A DNA stretch of 47,764 nt, filler included, from Jimgerdemannia flammicorona (taxonomy: Eukaryota), in NCBI GenBank assembly GCA_003990765.1. It is 2 parts of 2 records of this genome, joined end to end, with 100 filler letters (N's around TTAATTAATTAA, not from the genome) between each part and the next. Parts side by side here need not be neighbours in the genome. Positions count along the whole stretch, not along the records: positions 23,933 to 47,764 come from RBNJ01001057.1; 1 more part is not named here. One strand, given 5' to 3'. The notes beneath the pieces were generated by a model. It was not told the origin of the DNA. It searched no databases and saw only the letters and a program-made list of their open reading frames with translations. Position 1 is the first letter of the stretch. Each line of letters begins with the position of its first letter. Positions 33,399 to 47,281 of the stretch are shown here, in pieces. Both the position numbers and the translations under genes were made by a program.

Positions 33399-34586
33399 CT
33401 TTCTCTGCTACCTTACCAGTTACAATGGTTTGGTAGACAACCTTTTGAGTCCACTTTCCACAATTAATACCTCCTCTACCTTAGGTTGGTTTGCTGTATC
33501 TATTGTAGGGTAGTGAGAGGAAGGCAATAGTGATGAGTTACTCCTTTATCAGTATCCAATCAGTGTCTTCTCTACTTTTTTATAGTTTCTGGTATCTTCA
33601 GCTGTATCTGAAGTATACTCATTTTGGTGCAATGCCTTCTTTCTTTTACTATTACCAATAAGGTATTATCTCAGTATATTGTAGATTATATAGGGAGTCA
33701 GCCAACCTTGGGTATCAAGTGCCCAGTGTAAGTTATCTACAGGTTCTCAGTGCCTGTGGTGAAGCTCTCTGGCTTTGGTGAGCTTCCTGGCAAGTGCAGT
33801 TCTGGTGTAGATGACTTTTTTTCAGGTGTTGTCAGAATGAGAAGAGAGATGGCCATTATAGATAAAAGGAAGGACAATAATGGTGAACCAGTAGGGTGCC
33901 AGGCTGGGAATAGTTATCAGAGCTGAGATAAGTACTGCTTCAGTGAAGTCTTTTAATTGGTATAGAGTGGTTAGGTAGTAGGTATCACTCTTGACTTCTT
34001 TTGGCAATATGTGAGGTTGGGCCCTGATTATTGGGGAGGAGGTTGAGGGGCCTGAGACTACCTATTTTAGATATCTTGGCTACACTTAACTGAAACTGAA
34101 AGCTGATATAGCAATGTGATCAAGGCTTGTAGACTTGAGTAGTGGAATATTAGAGATCTCCTTCCACCTTATATGTAAGTTCTCTACTTACCTTATCTGA
34201 GAGAATTAGGCCCTATCTACTATAATATACTTTGATGAGAGTTTTTTCTTTATCTGTCATTCTCCTTGGAGTGATAGGAGCTATTATATTTGGCTTAAGT
34301 ATAGCCTTATATATATGTTGGGGTTTCAGATATGCATTTTCAGTCATTAGTATATAGCTGGATTCCCTCTGATGGTAGAGAGAGTATAGTGTACAGAATA
34401 AGGTATGGGTCACTATAGGCCCTGCTATACCTGATATAGTTAAGCTATTGGATAATAGCTAGTCTAGATTAATGAGAGGGCAGTGCTTAATAGATGGTGG
34501 GGGAGAGTTTTGGCCTATATAGTCTAGATTCTCTTCTAATAAAAATCCACAAGACTCTGAGTCCATAAAATAAAATAAAAAATAAA
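33399..34586 (+). mobile_element. ~1.18-kb non-autonomous retroposon, copy 3, complete with (TAAAA)n tail
   Basis: Same 5' start, AATAAA at ~34538 and a TAAAA-repeat tail. Probable 7-bp TSD AAATTCC (33392-33398) / AAGTTCC (34587-34593). Confidence 0.85.
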
Positions 34587-35149
34587 TAAGTTCCTATTCT
34601 CATATATACAACCATCTACTCCTAAAGTTTTTAAGATCTATAAAGAAGAATAGAAGATTCTCTCTTATCAATCTTTGGAGATCCTTATAATTGAAGACAA
34701 AAATAATAGCATCTATATCATCATCTGAGCTCTCTAGATCACCCTATCTATCTATAATAAATATTGAAAGAGATACTCAATAAGTAAGAAAATCAAATAG
34801 TAGAATAAGGAATTTATCAATAAGAATACTATAATTGTGAAAAGACCTTTATCTATTACTAATGCAAGCACCAAAGTGTCCACCTTAGTGAAGATGTCTA
34901 TAAGAGCCAAGTTAAGAGAAAGGACTCTATCTTATAAGAATCTTGAATTTACTAGGTCTGTCAAAAATACAAAAAGATCAACTATGAAGAGGACTGTAAA
35001 GCCAAGAATAAGATCTCTATCTGGGATCTACTATTAGAAATTCTTACTATAATCTATTAGTATCATCTTTTATTAGTAACATTCAGATGACATAAGACTC
35101 AGACAATACTTTTTACAATGTTTTTGATGATAGACGACTATTGACATAG

Positions 35150-37012
35150 ATGGCAATGATTGAACTAGTGAGCATACTGGCCAGGGGGGCAGTGGTGCCT
35201 TTGGCTGGCAGCAAGTGGGGAGGAGGAGAGATGGTTTGGAGATACCAGAGGCCTCAATGGCTGGTCAAGGTACTGGTGATAGAGGGAGAGGCAGCTTGAG
35301 GCAATAAGGAGGGGAGAGGTCAATCTTTGCTGATAAGGTCAAGATAAAGAGAATGGCCTTGGGTCTGGATAGCTGGCTGGGCCTGGGGAAGGCATTGTTA
35401 GCTACTGCTGGGGGTTAGGAAGGAGTGCCCAGGAGAGCATCTGGTGATAGAGAAGGGGGAGGAGTAGGGGCTGGTGATGTAACTGTTGATGGGGCTGTGA
35501 CTGGGGATCAGGAAAAAAATCTAGATGTGATAGTGGTTATTAGTTCAGGACAAAGGGTGGGCATAAGGCCCAGGGACCTGGTGGATGGGGTGACAGACAT
35601 GGTGTCAACACTGTTACTCAAGAAATCAAGATCAGAATTTACTATCATAATATATTTCAGGGGCTTGGCAGTAACTGTGAGGATGATCTTGGGGCTGGTA
35701 GCACAGAAAGTGAAGGGGGCAGTGTCAGTGAAGTTTTTGAAGGGGAAAGAAGGGGTCAAGGTGGGATTTGAGGAAGAGGAAGCATTATTGGCTACTATGG
35801 AGAAGAGGGTGACAGTGGGCAAAGTTGTGGTCCCTATAGCCATATATATGCACTGGGACCCCTGAGTGGTGTAGTTGATAGTATTGGATCTTCCTACAGT
35901 ATTGAGAGAGAGGGCCAGAGAGTTGATTGTGGGGACAGTCAAGGAGTATGGGGAGATTGTGGACATTAGGTTCAAGGTCTGAGAAGGAACAGAGCTCTGG
36001 ACTGATAATGTTGATGTCCAAGTGAGGCTGGCTAGAAAGGAGAACATGGGAAAGATGAGAGATTGGCCAGTGACTCTGAAGTGGGAACTGGTAGAATGTA
36101 AGATCATGCAAGTGAAGGAGACTCTAGAAGAGAAGGAGATTGGCTTGGCAGGAGTATGAAGCAAAGATGGTAGTGGAAGTAGTCAAGGAGAGGAGGACCA
36201 AGATGGACAAGGTGATCTGGGAGAAGATACAAGGGAGGAGAATCCAGAAGGAGCTGCTGGCAAAGTTAGGGGGTAGTGGAGCTGGCAGTAGTATAGGGGA
36301 CAGGAGTGCAGGATTGCATGCGAGTGACTGGGTGGGGGGAAGTGAGATGGCCCAAGGTAGAGCCCAGGATAGACCAAGGAAGGAGGAGTAGGGTGGTGTA
36401 GAGGTGGATGCAGAGATGAGTAAAGGAGTCCAACCTCAGTATAGTATCCCAGAGGGGGCAGGGGGTGAGGAGGAGTTACTGGATGTCCTGGATGAGGAGT
36501 GGGATGAGTCAGTAAGGAGGAGCACTCTGGTGGATCTGGGGGTGGGGGATGGTCAGGTTGCCCAGAGTATGGCAGAGGCAGTAGATGAGGAGAAGTAGCT
36601 GTAGAAGACTTTGGAAGGGGTGGCAGCAGAGGAGCTAGGGGGTGAGGACTTTCAGGTTATAGAGGAATGGCATTGGGAGGAAATTCTTTGTAGAGAGGAG
36701 GTGCCAAGGAAGGTTAGGAATAAGGTCCTGGCAGTACTATTGGAATCAGTTGAATATCAGGTCAATGATCAGAGAGAGGAGGAACTCCAGGAGATTGTGA
36801 ATGATAGGACAGCTTACTTGTGGGGATCAAGAAAGGGATTGGAGAAGTGGAGAGTGGTCAGCATGAACTATTGGGCAGAGATAGAAGTGGTGGATGAGAT
36901 GAAATGTCAGGAAATCTTAGAGGCATTGAATGCTCAGACTATATCAGAGGGGGATTTGGAAGTAGAGCAACAATTGGATCTGGCTGGGGATGAGATGAGT
37001 ATAGAATACTAG
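35150..37012 (+). pseudogene. LINE ORF1 (decayed)
   Basis: ATG 35150 followed by a chain of ORF fragments broken mainly by TAG/TGA and ending just before ORF2. Confidence 0.7.
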
Positions 37013-37043
37013 GCTGGGTTATCACATTCAAACATTATTCAAT

Positions 37044-40000
37044 ATGAACAGTATAACTAGAATATTCTCTTTGAATATAAATGAGTTGAGGGGGGCAGCT
37101 TGGCAGAAGTTCATATTTGGTTGGCTCAAGGGGCTGGATGTGGATCTCTTTTTACTGCAGGATGTATATTACAAGGCAGAAGTGGACTTTCAGGATTGGA
37201 CTAGGGAGTGGGGGGGAGCAGTAGTATGATTTGGGTGGGTGGATATCTTAGTGTAGAAGGAGATAGGGGACATTGGTGATATAGGACATTGGGGGAGTCA
37301 GTTGGTGTAGAGAGTGTGGAAGAGACCTGGTTAGAGCCCTCTGATAGTTGGATCATATTATTGCCCAGCAGAGAGAGGGGAGCAGGTGGACTAGATCAGG
37401 AATTTGCAAGAGGCTGGTGTTATGGTTGAGGCTGAGATTGAATGCCTGGAGGGGGATTTCAATATGGTATAGGATAATATAGTAGACCAGACTGATGGTG
37501 AGAGAGGGTTGAAGGACCAGAGTGACAGGTTGGATGGTTGGATGGAGATGGAGAGATTGAGCTCTCTGGTGGATTCGGGGAGACAGTTCTTGGAGGATCA
37601 TTGAATTTATACTCACTGGGCAGCTGGACTGAGTTCTAGAATTAACTGGATACTGATGACAGAATGCTGGAGAGTGGATGTCTGGGCCATGCTGGAGGTA
37701 GTGTAGTGTCCATAGTCTGATCACTGGGGTCTGCTTGGGGGGGGGGAGGTTTGGGGGAAGTGGGGATGGGCCTGAACATTGGTGGCTCAATTCCTCTTTG
37801 TTGGAGAATAGCGATTTATGGGCTGACTGGGAGACAGAGGTTATTGAAAAAATCAGTCAATGGCAGGAGCAGGGCCTGGTAATAGAAGATCATTGGAGAA
37901 GGCTGAAATCGAGTGCTCAGAGATATTGGAGGGAGGCAGGGAAAGGGAGGAGTACTCAGTGGTGGCAGAGAGTGCACTGGACCTCGCAGTGGCTGGGGAT
38001 GCTCCTGGAGAGATGGGCAGGAGTACTAGAAGATAGAGAGGTGGTAGACTGGCATATTGTAAGGATTCAGAAGGAAGTCAGGAAACTTAAAGAGGTGCTA
38101 TGATTGGAAAAAGAGGCTAAATTAAAGGGGATGGTGGCAAGATTGAGGTGGCAAGGGTTGGAGGAAGGGGAGCAATCCACTCAGTTTTTATCATGGATGT
38201 TACAAGTGTGGAGAACTAAGCAGTAGTGGGATAGCATCTTGGATGAGGATGGGGAGATGGTGGTGGAGACTCCAGTGATTCTGGGATTGCTAAGATCCTG
38301 CTGGAAGGACCTATGGAGTGAGGAAGAAGGGGGTGGAGATGCCTTAGACATTGAATGGCAGCTGGAGGGTTGGTATCTGAACCCAGCAATGGGTCTAGGG
38401 GCTCTGGGGGACTGAGTGAGAGGGGAGGAGGTGTGCAAGGTCCTGGCTTCAACAAGCAAGGGGACAGTACCAGGAGAGAATGGGCTTCTCTGGGATTTTT
38501 AGAAAAAGATGGTCAGGGTGGAGACAGTGTTGGAGAAGTTGACAGGGATGTGCAATGAGGTTCTTCAGTCTGGAACTTAGATTGGGGGCCAGCATCTAGG
38601 GCTGGTCTCTTTGCTCTTTAAGAATAAAGAGAGAAGGGAAGATTGGAAGAACTAGTGTCCAATCATACTCCTTGATATGAACTACAAGCTGGTTATGAAG
38701 GTCTTGGTGACTAGGCTGCAGAGGATCACTCAGCAAGTACTGGGAGTTGAGTAGAGAGGTTTTGTTGGTGGTTGGTTGATTCGAGATGGGACAGCCTGGG
38801 TCTATGGAGTGATTGAAGGGGCTCAGGCTGCCAGGGTTAATAGCTGACTGGTGTTTCTGGATCAAGAGAAGGTATATGATAGAGTGCAGAGGATCTGGCT
38901 AGAAGGGGTGCTGAAGTAGGTGGGTGTTTCACCAGGGTTCTGGAGGTCATTAATCAGTCTTTTGGAGGACAGTTAGGCAGCCTTAGTAGTCAATGGACAC
39001 AGGGATATCACCTTCCCTCTGGGTCATAGGGTGCTACAGGGGGATCCTTTGTCACCCATCTTGTATGCCCTTTCCTTGGAGCCCCTATTGGATAGAATCA
39101 GGCATCAAATTGGGGGTTTGGACATTCTAGGGATTAATTGGAAGGTAGGGGTCTTTGCAGATGATATGGTAGTTAGATTGGGTTCATTGGCAGATATGGA
39201 AGAATTATGGCAGACTGTAGAATAGTATGAGAGAGACTCTGGTGCTAGGCTCAATTGGCACAAATGTGAGACTATGGGTTGGGTGGAGGAATAGTTGGTG
39301 GTAACATGATTGAGATGATAGTGCTAGCAGGGGATCCTGTTCGCTATCTGGGGATCTATTTCTCTATATATGAGTCTCTTCTTCCTCATGCTTAGTGGAA
39401 ACAGCAACTCCTAGTATGGGGGGATGTGCTTTTATGGTAGGGCAGATGGCACATTTTCTTGGCAGGAAGGGTGATGGTGCTAAATATATATTGGCTGCTG
39501 AAGTTGTAGTATGTGAGGTACCATCTGGACTTCCTAGCATAGGTAATAAGGCACCTGCTGAAGATGGCAAAGACATGGATCTGGGCTGGGCAGCAGAGTC
39601 AGATAGGATGGGAGGTGCTGACTCTACCTATGGATAGTGGCAGACTGGGCTTGGTAGACTTCCCCAAATGCCTTCATTGCTTGCAAGCATGGTGGCTGAA
39701 GAGGGTAAGTGAGTTATAGAGACAGGAGTGAGTACCACTCATGCAAAGGGTGTGGGAGGCCTGGTATTCTCCCTGTGGTATATCTGGTGATCTGCTTGCA
39801 ATGGTGGCCCTGGATGGGAGCAAGAGGATGTGATATAAGAGCTTTTGGTGGGAGTAATGGATGGTGCCCAGAGAATTGATCTGCAATAGCAGGGTGATGA
39901 AGGTGAGGGAGATTGGGGACCACAGATGTGGAGATGGGACAGGCTTCTGTTAGGTGGCACTTTGGTAAAGGACTTTTGGCTTAGCAATGGTGTGGAGTGC

Positions 40001-40660
40001 TTGCGGAGCTTAGGGGGGGACCTGTGGCCTATTGTGTGGCAGAGAGTAGAGATTGGTGAGGGGTGGGACTGGAATGGGCTTTGGTCTTGGAGTAAGCAGA
40101 TGATACAGTAGCTCCCCCCCAAGTTCTGAGTAGTGTGGTGGTGGTTTCTAAGGCAGAATGTGATGTTGAACTTTCAGTCTGAGCACTTAGTAGTAGATGG
40201 CCAGTATGAGTGTGAGGAATGTTTGGATGTTGGGCAGGAAGGGGGAGTGATTCAAACACCTGAATATTGGCTTGGTGAGTGTGACATTCTGGGGGTTTTT
40301 TGGCACTGTATTGCAGACAGATTAGAACTGTGAGCACTAGTAGGAGGGGAAGGGAGGAGATGGGGAGAGCTCTACTGCAGGTTAGTGGGGAGAGTTAGTG
40401 ATGAATGGCTGACCCTGGGTTGGGCTCTGGTAATTTGGGTAGGGCTAGTCAGATATTAATTATATGTATTCGAGGAGGGTTGGTAGATAGAGATTGGAGA
40501 TAGGGTGGCATGGTGGGAATGGCTGTTATTAGACATTTTGAATAGCTGGTGATGGTGGTGGGGACCTGGAGGGGGTAGGTGCCAGGGACTGGTGAAGTAT
40601 ATATACCGAAAAAGTAGAGGGTGGGTCTGGGTGGTGGGTAACTGGGTCATCTTCCAATAA
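37044..40660 (+). pseudogene. LINE ORF2: APE endonuclease, reverse transcriptase and C-terminal Cys motif (decayed)
   Basis: RIFSLNINELR..DLFLLQD, GDFN and SDH (APE). FLDQEKVYDRV, LQGDPLSPILYALSLEPLL, VFADD and RYLG (RT). CEEC..TPEYWLGEC near 40210-40282. Confidence 0.92.
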
Positions 40661-40768
40661 GAAGAGGTAGAGGGAGATGAGGAGAATCCAAGGAGTATTG
40701 GGTGAGGGGATGGGAGTAATATTGTACTATTAATATAGATTGCAGTAATAAAGAGAAGTCCAAGTAAC

Positions 40769-40805
<37 letters not shown>

Positions 40806-43800
40806 TTAGTATTGCTGATCACATCAAGGTAAATAAGAAGTCAACCTCATCTTCTCCTTCATAGAAGCCTTAGACTTACTTGGAAAACTAGAGTATATTG
40901 GTCATTCTTTAAGCTAGAATATATAGAGTTCTCTTTTACAGTAGTAACTACTGAGACATTATTTCTCAAGATTTAGTCTATTATCTAAGTCAAACTACTA
41001 TTATCTTAGACACAACCCCCTCTTGTATAAATAAAAGAATTAGTAGGATATGACTTCTATCTTCCCTATTAGGCAATGCTCTATTCCAGAACTACCAGGA
41101 CCTTTAACCTTCAAATTACACTTGCTATACCACCTAGATACTATAGATAACTGATATCAAGATTATCTCTAATAGTCAAAGAAATCACAGTAGAAGAAAT
41201 AATTATTAATCAGGATTATTGAGGTTCTCTGAAGGTCATTATTTGTAACAATAGTAAAAACCACTGAACCTTTAATCACTTGGAAGCTATCTATCAAATT
41301 CTGTTTATCAAGACATCATAGTCTACTATTCAAGAGATGAATCAACTAGACAATACTAAGAGAGGATAAGGAGAATTTAAAAGAACCAATAGAATTTCTC
41401 AACTACTACCCATTGAAGTCTACTTGGCAATAGTAGCTCAGTTTCACTAAATGAAACTATACATCTATTATTCTATTTAAATAAGAGAAGATATCCTCCT
41501 TCAACTATATCAACAAGAAGCCTTAATATATACCTACTTATGGATACCAATAATCTGATATTCAAGCTATCAATAGAACTCTAAGAAAAGTATAATCTCC
41601 TCTTAGCTAAAGAATAAATATATAATCAGATGTCACTAATCTATATTTCTATTTGAAACCTGGGCTTTGAAGTAGTAATAATCTTCAAAAGAATAATATT
41701 GAGATATTTTGAACTATTGATAGACACCTACAAGGAAGAAGTTTTTAAATTTTTAAAAAATAGCAAGCTCTCTCTGGTGAGACTGATGATATTAGAAAGA
41801 AAGACTCAGTAATTAAAGATATTGACATCAAGACAACTCTAACCAAGGATCAGTAATAATAGATATAAAAGTTGATAAAAGAATATAAAGATATATTTAC
41901 CACTACATATAATAACTTTCCACCATATCAATATAGAGAATATATAATATATATAGAAGATATCAAATCAATCCAATAATATTCTTATTAAATACTATAC
42001 CATCTGATCAAGTTTGAATAACAATATATAGATAAGATATTATAAAATGAAGTTATTAGACCCTCATCAAGCCCCTGAGCTTTATCAGTAATTATAGTAC
42101 TAAAGAAAGAAAGATAGAAACTAGTTATAGACTTTAGAAAACTCAATAAGATTATTATAGAAGATGTCTACCCACTATCAAGAATTGATGACCTTCTCAA
42201 TACTTTTAAAAAGCCAAATATATGACTACTACTGATCAGTTTCAAAGATTCTAAATAATCTTCATTACTAAGAATAATATCTATAAGATAGCTTTCATCA
42301 CTAGATAAGGATAGTATATATAAATATCTCTAAATGCTATTTAGACTCTATAATATACTAACCTTATTCTAGTAAATAATGAACTATATCTACTGAGATC
42401 TCATTAGAAGAAATATACTAGTATATATAGATAATATAATTATCTATTCAGAAATATTTGAATAATACCTATAAGATCTTCATAAAGTATTTGATACTAT
42501 CTGAAACTCAGAACTCAGACTTAATGCCAAGAAGTGCTTCTTTGGAAAATATCAAGTCAAGTATCTGAGATATATAGTTTCAGTCGAAGAAACTCATACT
42601 GACCCATGCAAGATTGAGAAAGTCAAGAATTATCCAACCCCTACCTCTACTAAGAAAGTTCTATCTTTCTTTATATTAATATCTTACTACCAGTAATTCA
42701 TTCTAAGATTTTCAGATAAGATAGCTCTACTATATAATATCTCCAAGAAAGACCAATTATTCTACTAGAAGAAAGAACAGCAGAAGTCATTTGATCTACT
42801 CAAGAACGCTCTTACTGAAGCCTCTATTTTAGTATAATTAGATTTTCACAAACTATTCATCTTGGTAACTGATACCTCTGTCCTTGGACTTAGATCAATC
42901 CTATCTTAGCTAGATGATCAGAAGAAAGAATATATCATTAAGTATGCTAGCAAGGCTACTAATAAAATTTAAGTAAACTATAGAGTCACTAAGCTGAAAT
43001 GTCTTATACATAGTAGTATAGACCATAGATCACTTTAGATACTATATTTTGGAAAAGAGATTTGTTCTTATCACTGACCACTAAGCTTTACAATAGTTAT
43101 TTAACAAATCAGAGCCCTTAGGAATCTTTGCCAGATAGATTATATCTTTATAAGAATATCAGTTTACTATTATCTATAAGAAAGACATTAAGAATTCTAA
43201 TATTAATACTCTATCAAGGATTCTATAAACTCAACAAAAAGAGAAGAAGCCTCTGCAAGAGAAGACTGCTTCCTACTTACCTAAATGAATCAAGAACTGT
43301 ACCTTACCCTCATCTAGAGCCTATACAATAGAAGTTTCAAAAAGAGAATTCAGCTAGCTCATAAGCTATTTATTCAAAGAAATTTTAAGAAATTTCAAGA
43401 AGGTAATAGTAAACTTTAGAGAGTAGAAGAAGACTAATACATCCAAGTTTCATAAGAAGATGAAATATAGAAAATACTCATAACAAACTATGATCTAAAT
43501 GCATACTGAGGAATTAGAGCCACTATTATAAGAATCAAGAAGAGATACTGGTAGCTAAAAATGAGAAAACAAATTTTAATATATATTTAATAATATGATA
43601 TCTGTCAAAGATATTGATAAAAGCCAACTAATAAAACACTACTAATACTAATTACAGTACTAGCTGGAGCTTTTTAAAGACTAAGAATAGACATTATTAA
43701 CTCTCTACCAGTAACTAGTCAGAAAAGACACTATATTCTCACCATTAAAGATCATTTGATAAAATAGCCAGAAGTCTTTACCATTGAGACTACTGATACC

Positions 43801-45240
43801 CAGACAATTATTGAGATCTTATATAATGAAATTTTTAGTTACCATGGTGTCCCTAAGGAAATCATTACAGACTAAGGCTGAGAATTTATCAACAAAGTTA
43901 TAAAGATCTTTATAGCTAATTTTAAGATCAAACTATATTCAATAATAATCTATTATCTATAAGTAAATAAACTTACTAAATGAATAAACCAGATCATCAA
44001 GCAAGACCTCAGTAAGACTAAAGATCAATTGAATTAGGATATCTATCTTCTAGTAATCCTATTTAGTATTCATACTTTAAAAGTAACTACTACTCAATAG
44101 ACCTCTTTCTATTTAATATATGACCAAGAAGCACAAGACTCTGCTGAACCAATCTAGTTAGATTTGGTAAAATAAGTCACTAAAGAGATTACTTAGTTAT
44201 ATGAAATATATTAATAAGTACAAGGTTTTATTGTTAAAGTATAAGAGTGACAAAAAAAGTATTATAACTTTAAAGCAGATCTTGAACCCCTGCTTATTAG
44301 ATAATAAGTCTTTGTATACTATACTATTATAGAGGGAAACTGGAGTACTAAACTTGAACCAAAATGAGAAAGACCCTATCTTATCTATTAAAAGTTTATG
44401 AATCACACTTATTAACTCAAGACTCTAAATAGAGTTATACTTAAGACTAAGATAAACTACAACCATATAAAACCTTATTATTTAGTAGAAGTAAAATATA
44501 TTTAAATAACTCCATTCACTCTATCTGTAGTGTCTTTATTAGAGAATGATAGATGCTTTATATAGAACTCAAGAAAGCTGACAATGTTAAAACCAATCTC
44601 AAGTCTATCTATATAATAGATATTACTACTAGAAATTACCTCAAATTACAGAAAAATTTATTTCTGAGAGGTTTGAACCCTCAGCTATGACAATGGAAGC
44701 CCTTGTCTTAGACAAAAATAGTTAGTTCTTACAAATATATTAATAGTCAAAAAAAAAAAGAGAACTAAGACCTACTATTTTTATATAATTACCACTACCA
44801 AGAATGGCTCTAATTTTGTAAGAGGCAGATGTGATAATATCTTCAAAACTAGTAATATCAGAATTCAGAAGACTGTCTTGATATCACAAGCTACTAGTTG
44901 TAAATCATAACTTAATTATGACTCATCTTGATTATAAGATGATCTGTATCTAAACTTATTATAACTTATAATAACCCTAGTAGTATATTACTACTAGTCA
45001 GATAACTCTACTCTCTGAACTAAAGAAAGATATAAAAGAAGTATTAAGAAAAGAAGTATAAAGTATTAACTACAAATAGAAGACTTACTATAAAAACAAA
45101 ATATCTGTCATCTGCCAAAAAGCTAGATCAAGGAGCCACTCAGGTCTATCAGTTTAAGAATAGATATTTATTAATATTAAGAGAGCAATGAGACTGTATA
45201 CAAGAAGAACTCTTAGTCTGAATCTCTATATATATATATA

Positions 45241-47281
45241 AGAGATCTCTACTACTATACTTTCAATTGCTAGTCTTATTATTACTAAAGGTAACTTATT
45301 TCTTTTTGACTACTGGCTTGCTTTAGGCTATAATACTTTTGACTATTTTGGTACTAATATAGTTTTCTATTATACCACTATCTAATAAAACTACTATATC
45401 TTATTTGTTAGCTTATCTTTCAAACTTAATATAGCTATTCTCTTTCTTAATAGTATTGAGTTTATCATCATTATTCTAATTGATTTCAGTTTTCTTAAAG
45501 TTAGTCTCACTCTATTCTTTATAAGTGATATAGTCTGGTTTAGACTCTACTATTATCTCCTTAGCTTGATATCTTATAGTTTGGATTATAAAAATCTCAG
45601 AGAGAGATATATAGTATTTACTAATATGTTCTATATAATATATTCAGATAGAAAAAAAGTATTGTCTATAGTACATAACTATCTAAAATTTTCTAATACT
45701 AGATTTCATTACTATTTTTCTTTACTATATTGATCTTTTGCTTACTAAAAGTTTAATTAGTAAAGTTAAATTCTTTCTTATCTTAGTCAGACTTATCTAG
45801 TTCAGAAACTTCTTTGATAATAAGATATTTATAGTTTTTCTTAATAATGATTTGGGTAATTTTTTAGCCTACTTTTATATCTAAGAGTATATTGTCAAAA
45901 TTTTGTAAGATAACTTAGATCTCTTTTATAAAATGTTGATCAATAACACCTTCTCTAAGACTAATGTTGAACTTCTTGGCCAGACTACTTTGTTTAGCTA
46001 GATGGATATAGATTTCTTTGAGAGCTTATATTTCAATATCTGTCTATACTGTTATATTTGAGTCTGGTGAGATAGTGAGATTTTAGCTACTATAGAGATT
46101 ATAGTCTATATTAGTTAGAGTATATTTTAGTAGAGATAGTGATTTTGTAAAATATTCTTTATATATATCTTGATGATATTTTCAAAACTTCTCTTATATA
46201 ATTCTTCTTCAATTATAATAATATTATATTTTTTTAAGTTGCTAAATAAGTCTTTATTCTTCTTTTTTTAGATAGTCATAAGATATGTATATATTCTTTT
46301 ATTATAGATAAAATATAGACTCTTTTTCTAAAGCTGTCTTTATTTATTATCATTATATAACTTAGTTCTTTTATAGTCCTTTTGGCTGTTCTGACTCTTA
46401 TTTCTAGATATAGTAGTTTTTTTATCTTATTGGTCTTTTTTGAATTCTTAATTTTATAAAGCCTAGGTAGTTAGAATTTTATAGACTCTTTACTACACTC
46501 TATAAGTAATACTAGTATTCTTAGAAAAGACTTTATTTTTTGATCTTCTGGATAAGCCAATCTAATAAGACTGTAAAGAGATAATTGGCTCTAATACTAT
46601 TATAACTAGGTTATTTTTCTGATAGATAAGTCTTATAGTCTTGAGGTAGGTATCTGAAGATTTTTAGATCCTTCTTACTATTTTTATAAAACTTCATATA
46701 AGTTATCTTATTTTAGGTTTTCTAAATATAGACTATATTTCAGAATTTATTTAGTAAGAGGATCTTGAGTTCTAGATCTATATTATAGTTCTTATTCTAG
46801 TTAATTATTGGTTAAGTTTTATATATTATATAACTTGAGAGTTATTTTCTAAGTTACTGAATGTTCTTTTAGGATATGCTAGAACTTAGTTACTATTTTT
46901 ATAAAAAAAAGTTGTAACTATTTTTATCTGAGCTATAGATATGATAAATAGTTACTAGAAGATATTATATATATATATTATTAGTAAGTATTTAAATAGA
47001 TACTTAATTATTATTCTACTAGTTAATATAATATTCTATATTAACTATATTAATAAAGCTTTCAATATTACTATTCTTTCTATTAAAGATTGAGATTCAT
47101 AGAATCTTGATAGATTTGTTTTATTCAGTTATTTGGTCTACTATTTCTACTAGAGCTATTAGCTACTAGATCAGAGCTTAGATATATCTATTAGTTATTA
47201 TAGTTATTAGTAGTAGTACTATAGAGATTGATTCTCTTGATAAGAATTCTGTCTGATACATATAATTGAGATACTGTATAA
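45241..47281 (-). mobile_element. Very decayed LTR-retrotransposon fragment with order gag/CCHC - dUTPase - protease
   Basis: On the minus strand: decayed knuckle (SLYFIYNKK..H.SYDY) ~46270-46322, dUTPase ~45755-46160, protease DIVVLLDSGIIENYISTKIVK ~45340-45400. Confidence 0.72.
45755..46160 (-). pseudogene. Second retroelement dUTPase domain (upstream of protease)
   Basis: NIDYNLYSS..TV*TDIEI*ALKEIYIHLAKQSSLAKKFNISLREGVIDQHFIKEI*VILQN..VG*KITQII..EVSELDKSD*DKKEFNFTN: dUTPase motifs I-V in correct order and spacing, with G>A/C>T decay. Confidence 0.8.

Larger units (their letters stand above)
35064..40800 (+). mobile_element. Full-length L1/Tx1-like non-LTR retrotransposon (LINE)
   Basis: 13-bp TSD AATCTRTTAGTAT (35051-35063 / 40801-40813). 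Two long decayed ORFs, AATAAA ~40747 and a ~30-nt poly(A). Confidence 0.93.
29969..45240 (+). mobile_element. Large Ty3/gypsy element (gag, CCHC, protease, long linker, RT, RNase H, integrase) hosting two nested insertions; LTRs not seen
   Basis: gag ~30900-31500. TYFNCGN*GHIQRFC ~31860. Protease ILVNTR..YDLILGTNWL ~32600-32950. RT (PSSSP*A, IDFRKLN, YPLSRIDDLL, LVYIDNIIIYS) ~41850-42700. RNase H LVTDTS ~42860. Integrase ~43400-44150. Outer boundaries approximate. Confidence 0.85.
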
